Origin: Coriobacteriales bacterium | GTDB lineage: Bacteria; Actinomycetota; Coriobacteriia; Coriobacteriales; Atopobiaceae | DNA: 64,000 bases | Direction of reading: 5' to 3' | Assembly (NCBI GenBank): GCA_030529625.1 | Contig: JAUMWN010000002.1 | Span: forward strand, 6,186-70,185 | In this document: positions 18,701-27,409 of the stretch, in pieces | How positions within the stretch are numbered: the stretch's first letter is position 1 | How the letters are laid out: each line of letters begins with the position of its first letter | Notes under the pieces: model-generated | The model's input: the letters and a program-made list of their open reading frames with translations, nothing else | The model's database searches: none | Told to the model about the DNA's origin: nothing | Translations under genes and position numbers: made by a program

Positions 18701-18914
18701 CATCGCAAGCATCCCGCTCATCATTGGGCTGCTCACGGTCCTGCTCACGGTCGTGTTCATGCGCTATTCGGGCAACTTCCCCATTAGCATCCCCGCTGAC
18801 CGGCTCGCGCTGCTGGTGGTGGTGGGCATGGCAACGTATGCCGTGGTGGCCGCGCTGCACGTGCGACGCATCCGCCGCGTGCCCCTCTCACTCGCCCTCA
18901 AGGTCCAAGAGTGA
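15747..18914 (+). CDS. Double FtsX-domain ABC permease (1055 aa) with a long acidic tandem-repeat insertion
   Basis: MSNPLHRRYPRELRNNLGKY start and two four-TM FtsX modules. The repeat region at 17271-18026 lies after the fifth TM segment. Confidence 0.85.
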   Translation: MSNPLHRRYPRELRNNLGKYLGLFLMMVFAVSFTSGFLLAAGSIETIVNSMRNDYHIEDGRFVCDFEPKDEALDAVRALGVTLYEDFYKQVSLSLDSADKAQDITARVYGSRDEVNLPCYAQGRAPQAADEIAFDRVFCENHGLCVGDAVTIAGRPATVCGILTFPDYQALFEDNGSFMFNAITFTVAQMSDEGYAALGSSGETYAYALAFDDASLTRAQKTDIEEDIADALDDHDALLSDLIDADDNQGIGYALDDVQGDQAMWTVLLFLLVVIMGFVFAVLTGTTIEQESSVIGTLLASGWRKGELVRHYLLLPALIGLLATCVGLVTGIWVLCDPFKDLYYHSYSLPPYHTIWDWRIVILTAVLPYLLLVGITLLGLARSLRFTPLQFLRHETGGKRGGGRIRLPERLRYVTRFRLRVILRNASHFATLFFGILFASLLLLFGLCMLPVVDNYAQALRQTVAAPHQYVLKTPLELQGTSQERDRYAAALRIAEDHARIERNQDSVDALDRLQDNDELLDALERLQDNDELMDALERLQDNQKLVDVARRLRNNQELLDAAKRLKNKHDLMDAAKRLEDQQDLLDAIERLEEEQDLVDAMERLQDQPDVVEAAQRMAAGAPTPQDMALLAAADDQTRTDLELASEIDEQTQDDIELVSDVDEQTQADLELLEDIDDQTRDDLDLLTDVSGQTRDDLEYLADLDTATRDDLSLVTDATGQTKQDLELLMDLEGSPKDDLELVRDMDQDLVDDLRLADKIDEDAHVVNTQANDQTTIEQAEKYAVASMEVERAFGGEAETISVYGIQPGSAYWTNMPVADGTAVAGRGLIEKTKAAVGQSALLHDPRKGEDHEVRIAQQTTNAADTSLYLSLDDFNRLFNNDTDYFNAWASADELALDGRYVASSIVPEDMDDISNQMRESMGNIMTMMMLMAVPIYLVLVYLLTKTVIDRSARSISYMKVFGYHAKEVDGLYIRPVTVFVLVSLIASIPLIIGLLTVLLTVVFMRYSGNFPISIPADRLALLVVVGMATYAVVAALHVRRIRRVPLSLALKVQE
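17271..17582 (+). repeat. 8 x 39-bp in-frame tandem repeat (13-aa unit DAxxRLQDNxELL)
   Basis: DALDRLQDNDELL DALERLQDNDELM DALERLQDNQKLV DVARRLRNNQELL DAAKRLKNKHDLM DAAKRLEDQQDLL DAIERLEEEQDLV DAMERLQDQPDVV. Confidence 0.85.
17649..18026 (+). repeat. 9 x 42-bp in-frame tandem repeat (14-aa unit DxQTxDDLELLxDx)
   Basis: DDQTRTDLELASEI DEQTQDDIELVSDV DEQTQADLELLEDI DDQTRDDLDLLTDV SGQTRDDLEYLADL DTATRDDLSLVTDA TGQTKQDLELLMDL EGSPKDDLELVRDM DQDLVDDLRLADKI. Confidence 0.8.
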
Positions 18915-19058
18915 GCAGGACAGGCACGAGAACCGTTGCTTAGCAGGCCCCGCGAACTCATTCGCATCTCACCGCAAACTCATGCGTATCTCGTGGTACT
19001 TTGCGTTATGGTAGTGATGACGGCAGGTTTTTTATTTGGCGGGCATGGGAGGCATGCC

Positions 19059-19964
19059 ATGGTCCTTATCCTCATTAAGCAGATCGTGGTCATGATTGCC
19101 ATGATGGCGGTGGGCGTTATCCTGTACAAGGTGGGCCAAGTGGATGAGAAGGGCATTGGCCAGCTCTCCAACATCGCCCTGTACGTGGCGACGCCCTGCG
19201 TGGTGATTCAGTCGCTTGCCATCGATTTCGATCGCGAGCGCCTTACCCTTGGTGGCCTCTCCCTGGCGTTCTTTGCCGCCATTCTACTTGTGTCGGCAAT
19301 CATCGCGCGCTTTGGTTGCGGCAGGGCCGACCGCGTTGGCGCCTTTGCCGTGGTCTTCTCTAACTCGGGCTTTGTGGGCATCCCGCTTATCCAAGGCATC
19401 TTGGGCGACGAGTACGTGTTCTATGTGACCATGACCTTGGTCGTGGGCACCGTGGTGTTTTGGACCTATGGCACCTACCTCATGAGTGGAGACAAGAACG
19501 AGGTCTCGGCAAAGAAGATCGTAACCAACCCCAACCTCATTGCCGTGGTCGTTGGCCTGATCCTGTTCTTTGCCCCCATCAAGCTGCCTTTTATTGTGAC
19601 CAAGGTGCTGCAGGGTATGGCCAACATGAACACCGGCCTGGGCATGATCATCCTGGGCGCTACCTTGGGTGCCTCCAACATTGGGCTCATGGTTACCGAC
19701 AAACGCCTGTACAAGGCCATCGCACTGCGTCTGTTGGCCGTACCGCTGTTGTGCATCCCGCTGCTCATGCTCATGCCTGCGCCCTCTGAGGTACGCATGG
19801 TCCTGCTCGTCGTCGCGGCGGCGCCGGCAGCGTCTGCCACCTCCATGCTCGCCCTCAAGTACGGGGCCGACTACTCGTATGGCACGGGCCTGGCCATTGG
19901 CACGACCATCATCTCCATGCTCACGATGCCGGCCGTGCTCGCTCTCGCCACGCAAATCCTGTAA
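19059..19964 (+). CDS. AEC (auxin efflux carrier) family transporter
   Basis: About 10 TM segments. ATG at 19059 follows GGGAGG. The start is uncertain; the ORF opens at 18936. Confidence 0.75.
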   Translation: MVLILIKQIVVMIAMMAVGVILYKVGQVDEKGIGQLSNIALYVATPCVVIQSLAIDFDRERLTLGGLSLAFFAAILLVSAIIARFGCGRADRVGAFAVVFSNSGFVGIPLIQGILGDEYVFYVTMTLVVGTVVFWTYGTYLMSGDKNEVSAKKIVTNPNLIAVVVGLILFFAPIKLPFIVTKVLQGMANMNTGLGMIILGATLGASNIGLMVTDKRLYKAIALRLLAVPLLCIPLLMLMPAPSEVRMVLLVVAAAPAASATSMLALKYGADYSYGTGLAIGTTIISMLTMPAVLALATQIL

Positions 19965-19992
19965 CCCACTCACGCAAAGGAGACTCACTACC

Positions 19993-20679
19993 ATGAAGCT
20001 ACAGCTCACCCTGGACCACGGCAAGGACTTCGAGATGCTGCGCATTGTGGACGCGATGGCGGGGGTCGTCGACATCATCGAGATAGGATTTCCGCAGGTA
20101 ATCACCTTTGGTCTTACCATGGTCCAGGAGATTCGCAGGCGCCATCCCAACATCTGCCTGTGCGTGGATGCCAAGGTATTCCATGGCGGAACCGGCGTGA
20201 CCACGCGCTGCTTTGACGCGGGCGCCAACATTGTGACCGTGCTCTCCGGCGCGCCCGATCCCGTGATTGCCAAGATGGTGCAAAAGGCAGAGGCCTACGA
20301 CGGCAAGATTATGTGCGACATGGCCGCCACGCCCAGCGCCGTAGGCAAGCGCACGGCCGAGGTCGACCAGCTGGGCGTGGACTATGTGATGGTTCCCAGC
20401 GGATACCGCCCCGAGTACGACTACGATCTGGAGACCGCGCGACGCCGGTGGTTTAGGCCCAAGGTGCGCCCGCTCGATCTGGCAGCCGTGGCAAAGCGCA
20501 ACCTGCTCAACGCCAAGCTTGCTGTGCACACCGGCATCAACGAAGAGAACATTCGCGACGTCGTCGCCCTCGGGCCCGAGCTGGTCCTTGTGGGCAGCGG
20601 CATCTTGGACGCCGCAAACGACGAGGAGCGCGTGGCCAAGGCCCGACGCCTCGAGCGCTACCTGCCGTTTGAGGGATAG
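19993..20679 (+). CDS. Orotidine-5'-phosphate decarboxylase/HUMPS family protein (hexulose- or keto-gulonate-6-phosphate type)
   Basis: MKLQLTLDHGKDFEMLRIVDAMAGVVDIIEIG...DAKVFHGG...VLVGSGI has a TIM-barrel OMPdecase-like pattern. Confidence 0.65.
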   Translation: MKLQLTLDHGKDFEMLRIVDAMAGVVDIIEIGFPQVITFGLTMVQEIRRRHPNICLCVDAKVFHGGTGVTTRCFDAGANIVTVLSGAPDPVIAKMVQKAEAYDGKIMCDMAATPSAVGKRTAEVDQLGVDYVMVPSGYRPEYDYDLETARRRWFRPKVRPLDLAAVAKRNLLNAKLAVHTGINEENIRDVVALGPELVLVGSGILDAANDEERVAKARRLERYLPFEG

Positions 20680-20711
20680 CCGGGTCGTACTCGGGAGATA
20701 GTCCCATGAGT

Positions 20712-21194
20712 TCAGGCGGGGCGTGTTACGCCGAGCTCGAGGCAGTGCCGCTCCTCGCCGTCGATAACGTAGGTCTCGCGCTTGCCCGTCTGAGCAAAGC
20801 CGATGGCCGCATAGCACGCGCGGGCGGAGACGTTGTCCTCAAAGACGACCAGCGTAACCCGTGTGGCCTGGTAGAGCTCAAAGGCAAACCAGAGACCCAA
20901 ACGCAGCATGGCCTTTCCCACACCCGCGCTGCGCCTGTTGGGATCCACGAGCACGTACCCCATGCGCAGCTCGTCTGTGGCTCCGTTGGGGTTTCTCGTG
21001 GTAAAAAAGCCAACGGCATCGTCGCCGTCGATGGCAGTAAAGCGCATCATGTCGCTCATTTTGGCAAACTTGTCTGGCGTGATGGGGTACGCGCCCAAGG
21101 TACCTGCGGTCCATTTGTAAAAGGTATCCTCGCTGTCGCACCAAGAGAGGACCTGCTTCTCGTCCGATGCGATGTAGGGTCGAATTCGTATCAT
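20712..21194 (-). CDS. GNAT family N-acetyltransferase
   Basis: MIRIRPY start follows GGAGGAGA. It has the acetyl-CoA motif RRSAGVGKAMLRLGL. Confidence 0.85.
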   Translation of the reverse strand: MIRIRPYIASDEKQVLSWCDSEDTFYKWTAGTLGAYPITPDKFAKMSDMMRFTAIDGDDAVGFFTTRNPNGATDELRMGYVLVDPNRRSAGVGKAMLRLGLWFAFELYQATRVTLVVFEDNVSARACYAAIGFAQTGKRETYVIDGEERHCLELGVTRPA

Positions 21195-21398
21195 GTCTCT
21201 CCTCCAACAGCCTGCGCATCTTTTTGTGTATGCCACCACGATGATAACAGCTGCCCCCACGGTCATAAGCAGCATTACCCATGGGGAAGCACGTAGCCAC
21301 CGGAGAAGTTATACACAAAGCCCACGAGCGATGAGATGATGGCGTTTGACAGTTGCGCTATGGCCAACTGAGCTAACAACGCCCCGCATCCCCCACTG

Positions 21399-22079
21399 TT
21401 AGGCACGTAGGAAGAGCGCAATGAGCCATATATAGCAGACGGTCTTGGGAATCATAAGCATGCCGAGGGCGGGACGATCGCGTGTATAGAGAACAACACC
21501 CATGTAACAGGAAAAGCTCACGACGACGAGACCTGCAGGCAGCCAGGCACCGTAGCATGCGACAAGATAGACGACCGTCACGACGCCCATGGCCAAAAAT
21601 GGCACGTTACGGTAGATGCCCCAGCTGTGGCTTCCATCCCCGTCGAACCAACGGTTTTGCGGAGGGAGGCAAAGCGCTATGCGCAGGATCGCCAAGACAA
21701 TGAGGACGGTGCGCACCCATGAGGGGGCGGGCGTGGCGGAGAGCCCCGGGCCGAGAGCCATGGCGTCAAACAGCAGGATATAGAACAGCGTCATAGTCAC
21801 CGACGACACCAGGTTGCCCAATCCGAGCCAGAAGTTCCGCCTGCGCCGCTCGTCCTCGTCTCTCGTTTTTCCGCGGATGTTGTGCAGAATCCGCGGAACC
21901 AGGTGAAAGGCGTCGCCACAACCCAGAAGGAACGTCATCGCCGCGCAGGCCCATGAGTAGCCCGTCATATCGGTTTGCGTACGCCAGACAAAACACAGTC
22001 CCGCCAACAGCGCAAACACAAGATAGCCCGCACAGAAGACGCTCTCGCCAACCCTCATCCCCAAAGGCTTCTCGTCCAT
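21399..22079 (-). CDS. Hypothetical multi-pass membrane protein
   Basis: 226 aa with about 6 hydrophobic segments. I recognise no family. Confidence 0.5.
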   Translation of the reverse strand: MDEKPLGMRVGESVFCAGYLVFALLAGLCFVWRTQTDMTGYSWACAAMTFLLGCGDAFHLVPRILHNIRGKTRDEDERRRRNFWLGLGNLVSSVTMTLFYILLFDAMALGPGLSATPAPSWVRTVLIVLAILRIALCLPPQNRWFDGDGSHSWGIYRNVPFLAMGVVTVVYLVACYGAWLPAGLVVVSFSCYMGVVLYTRDRPALGMLMIPKTVCYIWLIALFLRA

Positions 22080-22385
22080 AATCGTCCCTTTCTAGAGGTG
22101 CGAAGCAAGCCCAGCATGGTCCCTCTTCGGCTTTTTCGCTGATATTCGTTCGACAGCGCCTGATCTTCCGCAACCACTCCCCCAATAATAGCGGCACAGT
22201 TCCAAAACCTGTGGGTGGGCCAGGGATAAAACTCGGCCCAATGAAAACCGTTGTGCGTAGTATGGATGCTTGCGGTAGAGGCAAACCACAGACGGCCAAT
22301 CCACCAGCAACGGCCGTACCGCGACGTGACAGGTACCACGGGTATGGCTACGATGAGAAGAGAGTCCAGACCGAAGGGAGCAACC

Positions 22386-22934
22386 ATGCCACACATCCTG
22401 CTTGTTGTTGGATCGCTGCGCAAGGAGTCGTTCAACCGCCAGCTTGCGAATGCCATTACAGCACAGCTCGAGGACAAGGCCGAGTGCCGCGAGCTGCGCT
22501 ATGACGACCTGCCCTGGATCAATCAGGACGAGGAGTTCCCCGCGCCTGCTGCCGTGCAGCATGCACGTGACGAGCTGGCCTGGGCAGACGGCATCTGGTT
22601 TGTGTCGCCCGAGTACAACGGCTTCTTCCCCGGCGCCGTAAAGAACCTCATCGACTGGCTGAGTCGTCCCGTGGTCGCCGGTGACTACAGCACCGTTGCA
22701 ATAGCGGGCAAGGCCGCAACGGTGAGCGGTGCCGCCGGCAAGAGCGGCTCGCGCACCATGCAGGGCAACCTGTGCAGTCTGCTTGAGGGCGTGCGGGCAA
22801 GTGTGATGGCAGAGCCAACCGTTGGTGTGCAGATTCCCGGACCCTCTTGGGCCTCCAACGTGCTGGAGCTGAGCGATGCCGACCAAGCGAGCATCGTCGA
22901 GCAGGTCGCGGCATTCCTAGAGTTCATCGCGTAG
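22386..22934 (+). CDS. NADPH-dependent FMN reductase
   Basis: MPHILLVVGSLRKESFNRQLA...GIWFVSPEYNGFFPGAVKNLIDWLSRP. Confidence 0.85.
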   Translation: MPHILLVVGSLRKESFNRQLANAITAQLEDKAECRELRYDDLPWINQDEEFPAPAAVQHARDELAWADGIWFVSPEYNGFFPGAVKNLIDWLSRPVVAGDYSTVAIAGKAATVSGAAGKSGSRTMQGNLCSLLEGVRASVMAEPTVGVQIPGPSWASNVLELSDADQASIVEQVAAFLEFIA

Positions 22935-22992
22935 CATCGGCGGGGGCACCCGCTTGCACACAAGAAGAGGCACCGAAAACCCGGCACACTCG

Positions 22993-23880
22993 CTATACCC
23001 CGCGCACGATCATGCCGGTGTACAGTGGCACCTCAAAGAGGTCCTGGTAAAGCGCGCACTTGCACAAAAAGAGGAAGCGGATGTTCTTGCCGCGGCCCGA
23101 GAGCGTCTCGTAGTTGGCAAGGCCCTTTGACACCACAAGGTCCGAATCAGCCAGCGCACGCAGCGTCCGCTCGTTGACGTGCGCGGGGCTGGTGCCCGCG
23201 AGGTCACTTCCGTTGCCAACCACCTCGACCAAGGCGTCGAGACCCACCTCGTGCGCATCCTCCAGCGTCGCGTCGTTGGAGGTGGGGGCACCGCGCACGA
23301 TTGCCGTAAGACACACGCTGGGATTGGCCCGCAGAATCTGCGCGATGAGCAGCTTGTCGAACACTATCTCGCCACAGTTGTCGGTAAGGTAGGCGATGGT
23401 GCGTGCATTGGTAATGCGCTCCTTGAGCTCGTCGAGCGCCGCCTGGTTAAGGTCCATGGACTGGGCATCCTCCACGAGCTGCAAGAGCTTTGCCTCGCTC
23501 ACGTCTCCCGTTGGCCCAAAGTCAATAAAGTTGCCCACCAGGGCACAACGAATTGCCAGGTCAAGCGGGTCGTCGCTCTTACCCATGCGGCAGACGATCT
23601 GGTCCTCAAGGCCCATCACGAGCTGGTTGAAGTGATGCTTCACCTGGGTATAGTCGCGTTCTATGCCAAACATGTCGCGGAGCAGGTGGTTCAGATGATG
23701 GCCGATCTCGGGCGCCGTCATAGTCTGGGATCCATCGGCCACGATACGCAACACCTGGCGCTGGTAGCTGGCACACGTGCGCCAGGGCACGTTGTCAGGA
23801 CAGGCGTCGAGGTACTTGTCCACCATGCAGCGCATACAGCGCGGACTGAGCCCATCCCCCGTTATCTCGTCGGTCGTCAT
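22993..23880 (-). CDS. DUF89 / ARMT1-like damage-control phosphatase
   Basis: The ...YLTDNCGEIVFDKLLI...SKGLANYETL... pattern is typical of DUF89. Confidence 0.75.
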   Translation of the reverse strand: MTTDEITGDGLSPRCMRCMVDKYLDACPDNVPWRTCASYQRQVLRIVADGSQTMTAPEIGHHLNHLLRDMFGIERDYTQVKHHFNQLVMGLEDQIVCRMGKSDDPLDLAIRCALVGNFIDFGPTGDVSEAKLLQLVEDAQSMDLNQAALDELKERITNARTIAYLTDNCGEIVFDKLLIAQILRANPSVCLTAIVRGAPTSNDATLEDAHEVGLDALVEVVGNGSDLAGTSPAHVNERTLRALADSDLVVSKGLANYETLSGRGKNIRFLFLCKCALYQDLFEVPLYTGMIVRGV

Positions 23881-24136
23881 CGCTTGTCACCTCTCTTGGC
23901 TGCATCACCTCACGCCAAAGACCATTATCCACAATCGGCACCACGCACAGCATTGGGACCCGTACACAGTTGCGGCCAAAGCGGGCCAACGGGTGCGAGG
24001 GGCACGTGCCCGAGGTACGGCCAAGTGTCGGCATCGTTGCAACTCTTGGCGGGAAATGGCTCCATGCACACACGCGACGATGCCATACTGGCTCTTAACC
24101 AGCGATTTGCGGTATGCCGCAAGAAAGGAGCCCGTC

Positions 24137-24982
24137 ATGCTCGCCGACTATCACGTTCACTGCATGTTTTCCGACGACTCCTGGTACATCCCCGAGAAGG
24201 TCGTGGAGGACGCCTGGAAGAACAACCTGGAAGAAATCTGCTTTACCGACCACGTGGACTACGGCGTGAAGCCCGACTGGGAGGAGGCGCTTTCGGCCAA
24301 GGTGATGGAGGGCCAGCGAGTGGTGAACGTGGACTATGCGGCGTATTTCCCTTGCATCGCCGACCTGCGCGAGCGATGGGCGGACCGGATTCGCGTGAAG
24401 GCCGGCCTGGAGTTTGGCGTGCAGACGCATACGGTTGGCCAGTTTAGTGCGCTGTGGGAACGCTGGGCCAACGAGCTGGACTTCGTGCTGCTCTCCATTC
24501 ACCAGGTGGGCGACCTCGAGTTCTGGACGGGCGAGTTCCAGCAGGGCCGCAGTCAGGAGATATACAACCGCGCCTACTATCAGGAGCTTTACGATGTAGC
24601 CACCAGCTTTGCGCACTGGAGCGTGCTTGCACACGTGGACCTTATCAAACGCTACGACCCGGCGGGCATCCTGGACTTCCCGGCCAACCGTGACCTGGTG
24701 GCCGCCACGCTGGAGCACACGATTGCCCAGGGCAAGGGCATCGAGCTCAACACCTCGAGCGTGCGCTACGGCCTTACCGACAGTCAGCCCGCGCGCGAGA
24801 TCCTGGAGCTGTATCGCGACTTGGGCGGCACCATCATTACGCTGGGATCGGACTCCCACGCCCCAGAGCACCTGGGCGCCTACATCCGTCACTTCCAGCA
24901 CTACCTCGCAAGCCTTGGCTTCGAGGGCTTCTGCACGTACGACAAGATGGTGCCCACCTTCCACCGCTGGGACTTCGCGTAG
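24137..24982 (+). CDS. PHP-family histidinol-phosphatase (HisJ type)
   Basis: MLADYHVHCMFSDDS...FTDHVDYG...GSDSHAP metal-binding motifs. RBS is AAAGGAG. Confidence 0.85.
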   Translation: MLADYHVHCMFSDDSWYIPEKVVEDAWKNNLEEICFTDHVDYGVKPDWEEALSAKVMEGQRVVNVDYAAYFPCIADLRERWADRIRVKAGLEFGVQTHTVGQFSALWERWANELDFVLLSIHQVGDLEFWTGEFQQGRSQEIYNRAYYQELYDVATSFAHWSVLAHVDLIKRYDPAGILDFPANRDLVAATLEHTIAQGKGIELNTSSVRYGLTDSQPAREILELYRDLGGTIITLGSDSHAPEHLGAYIRHFQHYLASLGFEGFCTYDKMVPTFHRWDFA

Positions 24983-25042
24983 GAAGCGCCGCACGCTCGC
25001 GCCCCGTGGGCCGCTTCGAGGAGTGCGGGGGCGTCTTCCCGG

Positions 25043-25636
25043 CTAGCCACGCGCGAGCATGGCAGAAAAACGTTCCAGCACGCGAGCCGTCACACCCCAA
25101 ATCACAGGGTCGGTTTCCTCGTAGAAGAGCACCTCGTGGGGTCTCGTGCGCCACGCATACGCCCTTCCACCGGGCACAAGCTCCCAAGGGAAGTCGTTGG
25201 GATAGCGCGGCTCGTACGCAACGCGATATGCCGTGGGCTCGTGCTGCATGAGCCAGTCAAGCGAGACGCAAAACGTGCGGTCGACCTCTTCGGGCGAGAA
25301 CGTCCCCTCGTAGCCCGAAAGCGTTGCCACGAACACGTACAGGGGCAGACCTCCCGGCCCCTCCAGACGACCCATCGGGGCAAGTACCTCCAGCTGGTGG
25401 GGCTCCACCAGCAACTCCTCACACGTCTCGCGGATGGCTGCGTCCAGCGGCTCCTCCCCCTCCTCAATGCGCCCGCCAGGAAGGCAGACCTCACCTGGCT
25501 GAACGTCCAAGGTCATGGCGCGCACCTCCAGCAGCACGGCAAGCCCGTCCTCGCCGGGTACGAGCGGAATCACCACGGCAGCGCCTTTGCTTTGCGGCGT
25601 CGCGGCCAGGGCATTTTGTACCTGCAGCACATCCAT
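25043..25636 (-). CDS. NUDIX hydrolase (CoA pyrophosphatase-like)
   Basis: MDVLQ start follows GGAAGGAGG. The Nudix box is LPGGRIEEGEEPLDAAIRETCEELLV. Confidence 0.8.
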   Translation of the reverse strand: MDVLQVQNALAATPQSKGAAVVIPLVPGEDGLAVLLEVRAMTLDVQPGEVCLPGGRIEEGEEPLDAAIRETCEELLVEPHQLEVLAPMGRLEGPGGLPLYVFVATLSGYEGTFSPEEVDRTFCVSLDWLMQHEPTAYRVAYEPRYPNDFPWELVPGGRAYAWRTRPHEVLFYEETDPVIWGVTARVLERFSAMLARG

Positions 25637-25780
25637 GCGCCCCTCCTTCCCACGCCATGGCGACAGACGCGTCGTAAACGGTATGCATTGGCCTCTATTG
25701 TTCCACAGTTTCATGTGTCCGATTGGGAAGCGGTGCCTTTGCAGGACATGCGCACGAACGCACAACAGCCGGGCCAACCC

Positions 25781-25943
25781 AAAAGTGGACAATTTTTCGT
25801 ATACGGCTGGCTGCCAAGTGCGAAAACGCAAGTGTCTACAAGAAAATTGTCCACTGTATATTTTAGCTAGTGGACAATTTTTCAATGGGACGTGACATTG
25901 TCCCAGTTGGCATTGCGACACCCGGAAAAAAATGTCCACTTTT
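25781..25943. repeat. AT-rich nested inverted-repeat island with 4-5 copies of AAAA(T/A)TGTCCACT
   Basis: Outer arms are 25781-25797 and 25927-25943. Inner arms are 25843-25855 and 25869-25881, with spacer GTATATTTTAGCT. The core TCCCAGTTGGCAT lies at 25901-25913. Confidence 0.75.
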
Positions 25944-26078
25944 CCTGACGTGACGCAACTGCCGGGGTGCCCATACGTACGTCCCAGCACCTTTGGGACA
26001 CGCGCGTGCCCCAAATGCACCTCTTCCCAAGCGTACACAGCGCATCGGTCCCCCGCTCCGTTTTGTGGTATAACGCGG

Positions 26079-26888
26079 TTGACGGCTCATACGAGTGACC
26101 ATGCCAAAGACCTGGAGGGGCTGCCCGTGGATTCGATTCCGTTCCTCGACGAGCGTTACCCAGTTCGTACGATCTGTGCCGACGACACGGACCTGCAGCG
26201 CTACGACTGCCTGCACACACGCAGTGCGATTCGCGCGGCATTGGATGACTACCTGCACATGCCCCTCAAGCGAGTCGTGCCCGCCCTGCAGGCCCGCACG
26301 GGCAACGTGCTGGCAATTAACGGTGAGAACGACCAGGAGGTCAAGGTCTTTGCGGAAGCGACCCATGAGGCACCAGCCGACAAGTACGATGCCGTGGTCA
26401 CCTCAGTTCCCGGAATCCTTGTATACGTTTGGGCGGCAGACTGCCTGCCGCTCTTTCTCTACGAGCCCACCACGCACGTCGCGGCCATCGCGCACTGTGG
26501 CTGGCAGTGCATCTGCAACGCAATCGTGCCCAACACCCTCGCGGTGATGTCCACACGCTTTGGCGTGAACCCCGCACACGTGGTTGCCGCCTTTGGACCC
26601 GCCATCTGTCAGCGTTGCTGCGAAGTGGACGAGAGACTGGTCGAGTCCTTCTCCGAGCGCTTCTCGGCAGACGAGCTGAGCAACATCTTTAGGCCAGGGC
26701 AGCACGGCAAACGGTTCTTGAGCCTAAGCAAGGCGGTCACCTACGACCTTGTGCACGCAGGTATCGGGCCAGATCAGTGCTTTGACACGGGGATTTGCAC
26801 CTACGAATCCCCCATCCATTCCTCCTATCGAAGGGACGGACTGGTGGGCCTCGACAGGCAGCTAATCTTTGGCATCGTCCTTAAGTGA
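26079..26888 (+). CDS. pgeF: Polyphenol-oxidase/laccase-domain protein (YfiH/PgeF family), start uncertain
   Basis: DCLPLFLY, AIAHCGWQ, FGPAICQRCCEV and SYRRDG motifs. The ORF opens at 25932, but that region is the repeat island. TTG 26079 is one in-frame option. Confidence 0.7.
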   Translation: MTAHTSDHAKDLEGLPVDSIPFLDERYPVRTICADDTDLQRYDCLHTRSAIRAALDDYLHMPLKRVVPALQARTGNVLAINGENDQEVKVFAEATHEAPADKYDAVVTSVPGILVYVWAADCLPLFLYEPTTHVAAIAHCGWQCICNAIVPNTLAVMSTRFGVNPAHVVAAFGPAICQRCCEVDERLVESFSERFSADELSNIFRPGQHGKRFLSLSKAVTYDLVHAGIGPDQCFDTGICTYESPIHSSYRRDGLVGLDRQLIFGIVLK

Positions 26889-26927
26889 CAGTAGGTCTCA
26901 CTCGACCGTCGGTCTCACGCGACGAGA

Positions 26928-27311
26928 TTACACCGTAATCTCGATGTTGATGCCCTCCCAGCCGAGCAGCGAGGTCTCGTAGTAGCCGTCGCCGGTAACG
27001 CGCGGGCCAGAGAGAATCTCGTAGCCGCCGGCGCGCAGGCGCTCGGTGAGCTCGTCCACAGCCGCCTCGCTGCCTAGCGCGAAGGCCATGTGCGTGTAGC
27101 CGTGGCTCATCGTGGCGCTGGAGGCGTCCAACAGACCGGGACGCGTCATAATCTCGAAGCGCGGACCTTCGTCAAGACGCAGGAAGTTGGTGCGCAGGCC
27201 GGTCTTGGGATTGTGGTAGGTCTCGTCTACCTCAGCCCCAAAGTAGTCGTGGAAGAACTTGGCGGCGCCCTCGAGGTCGTGGACGTGGATAGCAAGGTGG
27301 TCAATCTTCAT
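26928..27311 (-). CDS. VOC/glyoxalase family protein
   Basis: MKIDHLAIHVHDLEGAAKFF...HMAFALGS... Confidence 0.85.
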   Translation of the reverse strand: MKIDHLAIHVHDLEGAAKFFHDYFGAEVDETYHNPKTGLRTNFLRLDEGPRFEIMTRPGLLDASSATMSHGYTHMAFALGSEAAVDELTERLRAGGYEILSGPRVTGDGYYETSLLGWEGINIEITV

Positions 27312-27409
27312 ACGGCGGCTCCTCTCGCTGGAAATGCGATGCTACGTACTGTATCAATAAGAGGTGCACAGAGACACACACTCGCAAACGGTATCGCAAA
27401 CGACGACAA

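Noticed and set aside
15795-18860. Long antisense ORFs opposite the FtsX permease (481 aa, 392 aa). The same pattern occurs opposite many other genes: 4066-4695, 12148-12921, 19284-20273, 23179-24447, 24095-24994, 30028-31194, 38324-39463, 40593-41501 and 47712-49079.
   Set aside because: Each lies opposite a gene with clear family motifs, and their translations are H/R/G/A/V-rich without recognisable domains. This is a standard artefact of 60-70% GC DNA.
25781-25943. Cluster of TTGTCCAC boxes as the chromosomal replication origin
   Set aside because: No dnaA, dnaN, rpmH, parAB or gidAB genes are nearby, and the boxes form symmetric nested pairs shared in design with the 50.1-kb island. It is kept as a finding about a repeat architecture, not called oriC.
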